DNA of 64,000 nucleotides. It comes from Erysipelotrichaceae bacterium. GTDB lineage: Bacteria > Bacillota_I > Bacilli_A > Erysipelotrichales > Erysipelotrichaceae. A model generated the notes under the pieces. The model was given only the letters and a program-made list of their open reading frames with translations. It made no database searches and had not been told where the DNA came from. Shown here in pieces: positions 55,858 to 64,000 of the stretch. The DNA lies in the NCBI GenBank assembly GCA_022780745.1, contig JALEVB010000018.1, positions 2,240 to 66,239 of the forward strand, given 5' to 3'. Made by a program: the position numbers and the translations under genes. Numbering within the stretch: position 1 is the stretch's first letter; each line of letters opens with the position of its first letter.

Positions 55858-58800
55858 CTAAAATAATGACATTTGATTTTCTTCCTGCATACCGTTTAAA
55901 CAACCAAGTATTTCAAGTTTTCTAACTAATGTATTAGATAACTGTGTACGTTTTATCAGATCTTCTTTGCTTAAGAATTCACCTTTTTCTCTAGCTTCTT
56001 CAATACTTTTAGCAACGTTAGCTCCTAATCCATCAATAGTAACAAAAGGTGGAATAATAACTTTAGGATTATCTTTCTCAAAAGTAAACTGGGTAGCTTT
56101 AGATTTATAGATATCAATATTAGCAATACTATAACCTCGAGCATACATCTCTAAACATACTTCTAAAGTATCATATAAAGATCTTTCTTTATTTGTAGCA
56201 GGATTTTCGCAATAAGCACTCATTCTTTCCTGAATATCATTCATACGATTAACAATAGCACTTACTCCTTTTGTCATCGTTTCAATTTCATATGCATCAC
56301 ATCTTAAACTCAAAAACTGAACATAGAATATATGAGGCAAATGTACTTTATACCAGGCAATTCTAACTGCCATGATAACATAAGCTACCGCATGGGCTTT
56401 AGGGAACATATATTTGATTTTTTTACAGCTATCGATATACCAGTCATAAACATTATGTTCACTCATGGTCTTTTCCCATTCAGGTTTTAAACCCTTGCCT
56501 TTTCTTACTGATTCCATGATTGTAAAAGCTACGATAGGTTCTACACCCTTACTTATCAAATAAGTCATGATATCATCACGACATCCAATAACTTCATTGA
56601 TAGGAACTCCATTTTGAACTAACACCTGAGCATTTCCTGCCCATACATCCGTACCATGAGTCAAACCAGAAATAATGACCAGATCACCAAAGGTTTTAGG
56701 ACGTGTTTCTTCTAATACTCTTCTAGTTATCTTAGTACCAAATTCCGGTAAACCTAAGGCACCAGTTTCTTCATGATATATCTTGCTATCAGCTTTTAAA
56801 GCTTCACATGAAGAGAATAAGCTCATTGTTTCTTTATCATTCATAGGTATATCATGAGGATCGATACCACTTAAGTTCTGTAATAAACGCATTGCTGTTG
56901 GATCAACGTGACCTAGTAAATCAAACTTCAAGACATTATCATGAATATCATGGAAATCGAAGTGGGTCGTCTTCCACTCACTGTTTTCATCATTGGCAGG
57001 ATATTGCACAGCAGTAAAATCACTAGCTTCTTTATCTTGCGGTATAACTATGATTCCGCCTGGATGCTGACCAGTAGTTCTTTTAACACCTTCACAGCCT
57101 GCAGCTAAGTAATCTTTAGTTACTTTACGCATATTTTCAATTCCCATTTCTTCAGCATAGCCACTAACATAACCATATGCAGTCTTATTTGCAACTGTAC
57201 CAATAGTACCAGCTCTAAAGACATGATCTTCACCAAATACTTCTTTAGTAAACGCATGAGCCTTAGCCTGATATTCATTAGAGAAGTTTAAATCAATATC
57301 TGGTACTTTATCACCATTAAATCCTAAAAAGGTTTCAAATGGGATATTTTGACCATTTCCACGCATTACTTTCTTACATTTTGGGCAAGGTTTATCAGGA
57401 AGATCAAAACCAGAAGCAACACTTTCATCATCTATAAACTCATAATAATGACAAACCGGACAAACATAATGCGGTTTTAAAGGATTTACCTCAGTAATTC
57501 CCGACATGGTTGCAACAAAGCTAGAACCAACAGAACCTCTTGATCCAACCAAATAACCATCTTTATTACTCTTTTTAACAAGCAGATGCGAAATATAATA
57601 AACTACCGCATAACCATTAGTAATAATACTATGTAATTCTTTTTCCAGTCTGGCACTAACTATTTCAGGTAATGGATCACCATAGATCTTATGTGCTGTT
57701 TCATAACAAACAGCAGATAATTTATCACTAGATCCCTCAATAATAGGTGGATATGTACCACTAGGAACCGGTTGAGTATATTCAACCATATCATATACTT
57801 TATTAGTATTAGTAACGACCATATCATAGATCAGATTAGGATCATCCAGCCAGCTAAAAGCATCCAACATTTGTCTTGTCGTTAAAAAATGCTGATCTGG
57901 ATTCTTTGATTTTCTTCTAACTTGAGCATTATAAATATATAATGGATGTCTTACCCCACCTACTCCTTGAGTAGCAATATAGATATCTCTAAATTTTTTA
58001 TCAGCTGGTGTTAGATAATGAACATCTCCTGTTGCAACGATTATTTTATTTTGGCGTTTAGCTTCATTAATAATTCTTCTTAAGATATCCTTTAAGCGTT
58101 GTTCATCCTGAACACTATGCATATTTAATAATGGCAAGTAATTCTGTAAAGGCTGTATTTCAATATAATCATAAAAACTAATAGCCTTAGCTAACATTTC
58201 ATCATTACTATTAGCACCATGTTCAAATACTTCACCATTATAACAAGCTGATCCAATTAGTAAGTTTTCACGATGCTTAATAATTTCTGATCTGAATATT
58301 CTTGGTTCAGACAAGAATTCTTCACCGCTTTTACCATTTGCTTTACCAAATACCGCTAATGTCTTGGTATTACTTGTTGTAACCAGCTGATAAATATCTT
58401 TAATACCATGCTGATTTTTAGCCATTACAACAACATGACTTTTTCTAACTTTAGCAAATGATTTAGATGATTGTAGTTTTTGCAGATCATTTATCGTTTT
58501 AGCTTCTAGTTTTTTAGCATCTTTGATCATGCATAAAAATACTTCAGCTAAGACCTCAGCATCATAATCAGCACGATGGGCTACTTCTTCATCATAACTG
58601 ATACGATATAGTCTAGCTATATTACCTAAACGATAAGCTCTTCGATCAGAATGAATAGCACGTGCAAAATCTAAAGTATCAATAACAACATTGGTTAAAG
58701 GTTTTCTACCAATACGTTTTAATTCTTCATTCAAGAAACCAAAGTCAAATGTTGCATTATGAGCAACTAAGACTCCATCTTGTATCCATGATAAGATATC

Positions 58801-60168
58801 ATCGATCACATCCTTAAATGGTAAAGCATCTTTGACCATCAGATCAGTAATATTTGTTTTTTCCTGGATAAAATCTGGTATCGATACTGGAGGTTTGATA
58901 AATAACTGCTTACGATCAACAATGGTATTATTAACGATTTTAACAGCACCAAATTCAATGATATGATCAAAATAACAGCTTAATCCTGTTGTCTCTAAGT
59001 CAAACGCAATATAAGTTACATCATCGATCATGTTGTCATTGCCATTTTTTACGATCATTAGCTTTTCATCGACCATATTCATTTCACAGCCATATAATAC
59101 TTTAAAAGGTTCATCTAAACCTTTAGATAAAGCTTTAGCCTGATTATGAGCCTTAGCAAAAGCCTGTACTCCAGCATGATCACAAATACAAATACCTTTA
59201 TGTCCTAAATTAAATGCAAAACTTACCAGATCCTTAACATCAGTAACTCCATCCATTTCTGACATAGTTGTATGTGCATGCAATTCAATACGTTTATTTT
59301 CTTCTTTGTCTTCGATTTTTACTTCTTCGACCTTTTCAATAGCTCTAGGATTACATACCAGATCCTTGGCATAATTATCATATACAATTGAACCATAGAC
59401 TAAGATACTATCTCCATTACTAACTTCATGAAGAATTTCTTTAGTCATGATTTTATTCTCATATCTTTTAATAATGATCGCATCTTCATCATCATGAACC
59501 ATCATTGTCTGAATAATATTACCCTTTTTACTAACTACTTCTTCTAAAGAAAAGATTTTAGCTTTAAACTTAATAAAATCCATAGGACCTTCAATATTGC
59601 TTAAAGATATCATCTGATAATCATCCATCTTTGGTTTACGATAAGTATTTTTAGCTACCACTGGTGTAACTTTCTTATTACTTTCTGTTTTATCAACGAT
59701 AACATCATTAATTGCTGCATTGATCTCTTTAGTAATATTTTCAATCTTTATCTTATGAAAGCCAGCTTTATCAAATAAAGCAGTTAAAACTGATAAACAA
59801 TTATCAGCTAATTGTTTATCAGCATCATTATAAAAACATAATTTGATCTCATCTTTTTCTAATGAAGGCATAGCCTTCTTATAAACTGATAATTCATTCT
59901 TATTAGCAAAATAATTTAAATATTTATGAAACTTTTGAATATCATTATCATTGCTCAAAGATCTGACAATAATATCAACATTAGTATGACAGCTATTTTT
60001 TAAACCATCAAAAAGCTTTTGATATGACTCAAAAGCTAAAGGTACATTATCTTCTAATATCAATTCTAAAGTATCTTTTTTAGCATAAAACTTTAAAGAT
60101 ATAACTTTAGCACTATCATTATTGATATCAATATTGATCTTTTTCAAAACTTCACATAATAAACTCAT
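55858..60168 (-). CDS. polC: DNA polymerase III PolC-type alpha subunit
   Basis: 1436 aa. PHP domain (ELHAHTTMS), inserted DEDDh exonuclease (FDLETTG...HNATFDFGFL...HRADYDA), zinc-finger block CPVCHYYEF...CPKCKK, and polymerase core. Confidence 0.97.
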   Translation of the reverse strand: MSLLCEVLKKINIDINNDSAKVISLKFYAKKDTLELILEDNVPLAFESYQKLFDGLKNSCHTNVDIIVRSLSNDNDIQKFHKYLNYFANKNELSVYKKAMPSLEKDEIKLCFYNDADKQLADNCLSVLTALFDKAGFHKIKIENITKEINAAINDVIVDKTESNKKVTPVVAKNTYRKPKMDDYQMISLSNIEGPMDFIKFKAKIFSLEEVVSKKGNIIQTMMVHDDEDAIIIKRYENKIMTKEILHEVSNGDSILVYGSIVYDNYAKDLVCNPRAIEKVEEVKIEDKEENKRIELHAHTTMSEMDGVTDVKDLVSFAFNLGHKGICICDHAGVQAFAKAHNQAKALSKGLDEPFKVLYGCEMNMVDEKLMIVKNGNDNMIDDVTYIAFDLETTGLSCYFDHIIEFGAVKIVNNTIVDRKQLFIKPPVSIPDFIQEKTNITDLMVKDALPFKDVIDDILSWIQDGVLVAHNATFDFGFLNEELKRIGRKPLTNVVIDTLDFARAIHSDRRAYRLGNIARLYRISYDEEVAHRADYDAEVLAEVFLCMIKDAKKLEAKTINDLQKLQSSKSFAKVRKSHVVVMAKNQHGIKDIYQLVTTSNTKTLAVFGKANGKSGEEFLSEPRIFRSEIIKHRENLLIGSACYNGEVFEHGANSNDEMLAKAISFYDYIEIQPLQNYLPLLNMHSVQDEQRLKDILRRIINEAKRQNKIIVATGDVHYLTPADKKFRDIYIATQGVGGVRHPLYIYNAQVRRKSKNPDQHFLTTRQMLDAFSWLDDPNLIYDMVVTNTNKVYDMVEYTQPVPSGTYPPIIEGSSDKLSAVCYETAHKIYGDPLPEIVSARLEKELHSIITNGYAVVYYISHLLVKKSNKDGYLVGSRGSVGSSFVATMSGITEVNPLKPHYVCPVCHYYEFIDDESVASGFDLPDKPCPKCKKVMRGNGQNIPFETFLGFNGDKVPDIDLNFSNEYQAKAHAFTKEVFGEDHVFRAGTIGTVANKTAYGYVSGYAEEMGIENMRKVTKDYLAAGCEGVKRTTGQHPGGIIVIPQDKEASDFTAVQYPANDENSEWKTTHFDFHDIHDNVLKFDLLGHVDPTAMRLLQNLSGIDPHDIPMNDKETMSLFSSCEALKADSKIYHEETGALGLPEFGTKITRRVLEETRPKTFGDLVIISGLTHGTDVWAGNAQVLVQNGVPINEVIGCRDDIMTYLISKGVEPIVAFTIMESVRKGKGLKPEWEKTMSEHNVYDWYIDSCKKIKYMFPKAHAVAYVIMAVRIAWYKVHLPHIFYVQFLSLRCDAYEIETMTKGVSAIVNRMNDIQERMSAYCENPATNKERSLYDTLEVCLEMYARGYSIANIDIYKSKATQFTFEKDNPKVIIPPFVTIDGLGANVAKSIEEAREKGEFLSKEDLIKRTQLSNTLVRKLEILGCLNGMQEENQMSLF

Positions 60169-60196
60169 AATAGTTAACTCCAGTTTATATATATTA

Positions 60197-60802
60197 TCAT
60201 AGAATCATTTTATTTAGCACAATTTTTATTTCATTAAAAAGTTTTTGATGACCTGTTTCATTGGGATGCAAGCCATCATATAGATCTATATTATCAAGTA
60301 GATCATATACTTTTAGATATGTAATATTCATCTTATTACAGCAATCATTTATCACACGATCATATGCCATGATCTTAGCATTTTTATATGCTTTATGTTT
60401 ATTAAAACTAACCGGATCACAGCGTTTTTCATCAACTTTTGTAAGTCCTACATATAATATCTTATCCGTATATTTTTTAGCAATATTAATTAACTTTTTG
60501 ATATTATCTTCAAATTGTTCAATGCTATAACGATCTATATGATCGACAAGCTGTGAATCATTGATACCTGCAGATAATACAATGATCATATCATCAGATC
60601 TTCTAAAACTTATTTCATTTTCGATTCTATTTATAAGATCAAAACTGGTATTACCTGGTATACCTAAATTGTAGGTACAAATAGTATGATCTTGATCATT
60701 TATATAATAGTTTTTAAGACGTTCACACCATCCTAAATGCTTGTAATCATATAAACCATATACTATAGAATCGCCAAATACTAATATATTAATATCTTTC
60801 AT
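60197..60802 (-). CDS. SGNH/GDSL-family hydrolase
   Basis: ILVFGDSIVYG (block I GDS), GINDS (block III), DGLHPN (block V DxxH). Confidence 0.8.
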   Translation of the reverse strand: MKDINILVFGDSIVYGLYDYKHLGWCERLKNYYINDQDHTICTYNLGIPGNTSFDLINRIENEISFRRSDDMIIVLSAGINDSQLVDHIDRYSIEQFEDNIKKLINIAKKYTDKILYVGLTKVDEKRCDPVSFNKHKAYKNAKIMAYDRVINDCCNKMNITYLKVYDLLDNIDLYDGLHPNETGHQKLFNEIKIVLNKMIL

Positions 60803-60808
60803 AAAGAT

Positions 60809-62080
60809 CTAGATAACACGATATCCACCAACTGGACGGATATTAAACACAAAGCATGATCCACTTCCAAATATATTTTCCATATTTTCTTTATAGATAT
60901 CTAACATTTCATTTGGTACAAAAGCCTGAATAGTTCCAGCTAAACCTCCTCCATGAACTCGATAAGCACCATGGTTTGCTAATAATTGTTCAGATATACA
61001 TAAAGCTACGCTCAATTGCTGATGTTCGATATTCTTTAATGAATAAACATTTTGTAAGTACATATAGCTAGAATATCCTGAAGCAATTACTAGTTTTTTA
61101 AAACTATCCATATCTTCATTTTTTAAAGCCTTAGCTTCATCAATTACACGATCTGTTTCATTTAAAAAATGTATTGCACGTAAGATACAGCGATCACTCA
61201 CAACATTTCTTAATTTAGCAATATTATTCAATACTTCTTCTTTACTAACTTTTGATAAAACATCTTTGCCAAAATAATTCGCAACTTTTTTCATTTCTAA
61301 AGGCATTAATGCATACTCATCGCTTAGATCAGTATGATCACCTTTGGTATCAACGATACATAATTTATAACCGCTTTGATTAAAATCAAAATCTATTTTT
61401 TCAACATAAGGCTTATCTTGATCCTTAAAATCAATATAAACAAATCCACCAACACTACAAGCCATCTGATCCATCAAACCACATGGTTTCATAAAATAAT
61501 TATTTTCAGCAAACTGTCCAATCTTAGCTATCGTTACACTATCAGCTTTTCCATCATTATATAAATGATTTAAAACATTACCAATCAAAACCTCAAAAGC
61601 AGCACTGCTACTAATACCAGAACCCTTTAAAACGTTACTATGGCTATAAACCTTAAAGCCACCAATATTATATCCATTTTGTTTAAATCCTGCTAAAGTG
61701 CCTCTAATAAGGCTAGCAGTAGTAAATTTTTCATCTTCATGAACATCCAGATCACTACAATAAACAGCAGGACAATCAAAACCATCAGCATAATATTCAC
61801 ACTTATCATCCTGCCTAATAACTACTGCAATGATATCCATATTAACACTGGCACATAAAACTCTTCCTAACTGATGATCAGTATGATTACCACCAATTTC
61901 ACTTCTTCCAGGTGCACTAATGATCATAGCTTCTACATCATTAAATCTTTCTAAAGCATTAACTAATAAAGCACGATAACGCTTTATATTCTCGTCTTTC
62001 TTATCAGCACCATAAAGATAAACTAATTTCTCATCTAACTCATTATTATCTAATCTATTAATTATTTCACTAATCTTCAT
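60809..62080 (-). CDS. galK: galactokinase-family GHMP sugar kinase
   Basis: SAPGRSEIGGNHTDH (galactokinase signature variant), GHMP motif GSGISSSAAFEV, 423 aa. Paired with an aldose 1-epimerase. Confidence 0.7.
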   Translation of the reverse strand: MKISEIINRLDNNELDEKLVYLYGADKKDENIKRYRALLVNALERFNDVEAMIISAPGRSEIGGNHTDHQLGRVLCASVNMDIIAVVIRQDDKCEYYADGFDCPAVYCSDLDVHEDEKFTTASLIRGTLAGFKQNGYNIGGFKVYSHSNVLKGSGISSSAAFEVLIGNVLNHLYNDGKADSVTIAKIGQFAENNYFMKPCGLMDQMACSVGGFVYIDFKDQDKPYVEKIDFDFNQSGYKLCIVDTKGDHTDLSDEYALMPLEMKKVANYFGKDVLSKVSKEEVLNNIAKLRNVVSDRCILRAIHFLNETDRVIDEAKALKNEDMDSFKKLVIASGYSSYMYLQNVYSLKNIEHQQLSVALCISEQLLANHGAYRVHGGGLAGTIQAFVPNEMLDIYKENMENIFGSGSCFVFNIRPVGGYRVI

Positions 62081-63080
62081 CTTTGATCTCCCTCACTAAA
62101 TATCTAGTAACATGTCTAAATACTTCATTCTTTCTTAAGATAGGCTTAACATGATCAGTTGTATTGATTGCATTAGGATAATATTGCGTTTCAAAACAGA
62201 TACTGCTTCTAAATGGATAATTATTACCATTTTTACCATTAGAAGTACCATCTAAAAAATTACCACTATATACATGCATACCATCTAGATCACTATAAAT
62301 ATCTAAAGCCAGTTTTCCATTATCATAAGTACCAAATTTTCTAAAACCTTCACCATCAATGATAAAATGATGATCATAGCCATGTGCATTTAAAATCTGA
62401 ATATGATCACTATCAATATCCTTACCAATTAATTTACGCTTACGAAAATCAAACGGAGTATTATCAACATCCAAAGTATCATTTAAGGTGCAGCCATCAC
62501 TATCGATCATACCTATCTTACTAGCATTGATCATCAAATAATCATTTAAAACAGTCTTACTATCACAGCCATTGATATTAAAGAAAGCATGATTACATAT
62601 ATTACATAAAGTATCTTTATCACTTGTTGCTTCATAAGCAAACTGTAAACCATTAGCTAATAAAGTATAAACAACCTTTACTTGAAGATTACCACTAAAG
62701 CCCTCTTCCATATCTTTGCTAAGATAGGTACATATTATCTGATTATCATTGACACTAACATCCCATTTTTTAGTATCAAAACCCTCTTTACCACCATGCA
62801 AACAGTTACCAGCATTATTTTGATATAAATAATAATCCGTTCCATTTAAAACAAAATGTCCATCTTTGATCCTATTACAAACTCTGCCAATCGTAGCATT
62901 CATATATTTGACATCATTGATATAACCATCAACATTATCAAAACCCATAACAATATCAATATCATGATATTTATAATTAAAAAGAGTTGCTCCATAATCA
63001 CTAACACTTATTTCAAAATCATCATTACTAATAGTATATAAGTGATATTGAATATTATCGATACATTCTAAATTCTTCAT
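62070..63080 (-). CDS. galM: aldose 1-epimerase (galactose mutarotase)
   Basis: GRVCNRI, CLHGG..GFD...W, NHAFFN and ICFETQ blocks are typical of the family. Confidence 0.85.
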   Translation of the reverse strand: MKNLECIDNIQYHLYTISNDDFEISVSDYGATLFNYKYHDIDIVMGFDNVDGYINDVKYMNATIGRVCNRIKDGHFVLNGTDYYLYQNNAGNCLHGGKEGFDTKKWDVSVNDNQIICTYLSKDMEEGFSGNLQVKVVYTLLANGLQFAYEATSDKDTLCNICNHAFFNINGCDSKTVLNDYLMINASKIGMIDSDGCTLNDTLDVDNTPFDFRKRKLIGKDIDSDHIQILNAHGYDHHFIIDGEGFRKFGTYDNGKLALDIYSDLDGMHVYSGNFLDGTSNGKNGNNYPFRSSICFETQYYPNAINTTDHVKPILRKNEVFRHVTRYLVREIKDED

Positions 63081-63760
63081 TATTTCACCATTTTCTCAAA
63101 AGCATTTTTAGCAGCTTCCTGCTCAGCCCTCTTTTTACTATTTCCTTTTCCAACACCTAAAACAATACCATCAAGTACTACCTGCATAACAAATATAGGA
63201 TTATTAGAAGGTCCGCTATTACTAATAAGTTCATAATTAACATTCTTTCTAATATCACTTTGAACATATTCCTGAAGCTTAGTCTTATAATCGATCTGTA
63301 ATTCACCTGTATTAGGATTATATAAGCGTGGCAATAATACTTCACTTAATATATTATCTATAGGTTTCATACCCTGATCTAAATATAAAGCACCAAGAAA
63401 TGCTTCAAACATATCAGAGACAATAGAATCACGATTACGACCACCACTCTTCTCTTCACCCATACCTAACAATAAAAACTCATTAAGCTTTAATTCTTTA
63501 GCATACATACTAAGTGCCTTCTCACATACTAATTGAGCTCGTAAAGTCGTCATCTGCCCTTCTTTTAAAATAGGCTCCCTTTTAAATAATTTCTCAGAAC
63601 ACCAAAGCTCTAATACTGCATCTCCCATAAACTCCAGACGTTCATTATCATGATTTTTACGATGTTCATTAGCATATGATGTATGCATAAAAGCCTGTTT
63701 GATCAGCTCCTTGTTATTGACTTTGATCCCCCTATTATCTAACCATTCTATAATATCCAT
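63080..63760 (-). CDS. rnc: ribonuclease III
   Basis: Signature NERLEFMGDAVLEL and a C-terminal dsRBD with GKGNSKKRAEQEAAKNA. Confidence 0.95.
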   Translation of the reverse strand: MDIIEWLDNRGIKVNNKELIKQAFMHTSYANEHRKNHDNERLEFMGDAVLELWCSEKLFKREPILKEGQMTTLRAQLVCEKALSMYAKELKLNEFLLLGMGEEKSGGRNRDSIVSDMFEAFLGALYLDQGMKPIDNILSEVLLPRLYNPNTGELQIDYKTKLQEYVQSDIRKNVNYELISNSGPSNNPIFVMQVVLDGIVLGVGKGNSKKRAEQEAAKNAFEKMVK

Positions 63761-63772
63761 ATATAAAACCTC

Positions 63773-64000
63773 CTAATCTATGAAGAATTGACCATTAGCA
63801 TTCTTGTTTGCAATCAATTGCTTCATCTTATCATATTTGTTATCCTGACTATTCAATATATAAACAGCATCCTTTTTTGCCTGTTCAATAATTTTCGTAT
63901 CAGTATAAATATTACCAAGAATAAAACCAGAAATACCACTTTGTCTTGTTCCTAATATATCTCCAGGTCCTCTTAATAATAAATCTTGTTTACTTATTTC
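63773..64000 (-). CDS. recG: ATP-dependent DNA helicase RecG, C-terminal 75 aa (5' part outside the window)
   Basis: Own translation of the minus strand: EISKQDLLLRGPGDILGTRQSGISGFILGNIYTD...NGQFFID, stop TAG at 63775-63773. RGPGD.LGTRQSG is the conserved RecG C-terminal motif. Confidence 0.8.
   Translation of the reverse strand, partial: EISKQDLLLRGPGDILGTRQSGISGFILGNIYTDTKIIEQAKKDAVYILNSQDNKYDKMKQLIANKNANGQFFID

Noticed and set aside
1-64000. CRISPR arrays, IS elements, integrases, prophage or conjugation modules
   Set aside because: I saw no regularly spaced repeats, transposase, recombinase or phage structural ORFs. All gaps longer than 200 nt are accounted for by riboswitch or leader elements or by the 58-codon ORF.

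Overview
A 64 kb stretch of a very AT-rich Bacillota chromosome. It uses the standard genetic code. Cell-wall and competence genes are present (mltG, FemAB, comEA/comEC/comK). By inference it is a Bacilli- or Erysipelotrichia-like lineage. About 90% of genes lie on the minus strand, which is therefore probably the leading strand. Most of the window is core housekeeping with clear B. subtilis-type synteny. These blocks are smc-ftsY-ylxM, alaS-ireB-ruvX-DUF1292-mltG-udk-greA, comEA-comEC-holA, mnmA-recD2, infC-rpmI-rplT, truB-ribF, rimP-nusA-ylxR-ylxQ-infB-rbfA, polC, rnc and recG. RNA and regulatory elements read directly from the sequence are T-box leaders for alaS (GCU specifier) and trpS, a lysine riboswitch in front of an amino-acid ABC transporter, an L20-leader-like attenuator before infC, one tRNA-Glu(CUC) and several intrinsic terminators. 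No CRISPR array, IS element, integrase or prophage is visible. The one clearly accessory region is about 10.8 kb wedged between rbfA and truB. It holds a plus-strand block (PP-loop ATPase, L-box, ABC transporter, small radical SAM/SPASM protein) that converges on a compact type VII secretion (T7SSb)-like operon. That operon has two WXG100-type genes, a 650-660 aa Big_2 lipoprotein, a short EssC with a single intact P-loop and an 84-codon ORF. No EsaA, EssA, EssB or EsaB is recognisable, which makes this the best candidate for an undescribed, reduced secretion system. Other items worth a second look are a 454-aa RelA/SpoT-synthetase-domain protein with a long unknown C-terminal half, and a RidA with a cysteine-rich tail encoded in overlap with comK. 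A perfect 15-bp hairpin also sits at the convergent operon junction. All similarity statements come from reading motifs by eye and from memory, not from searches.
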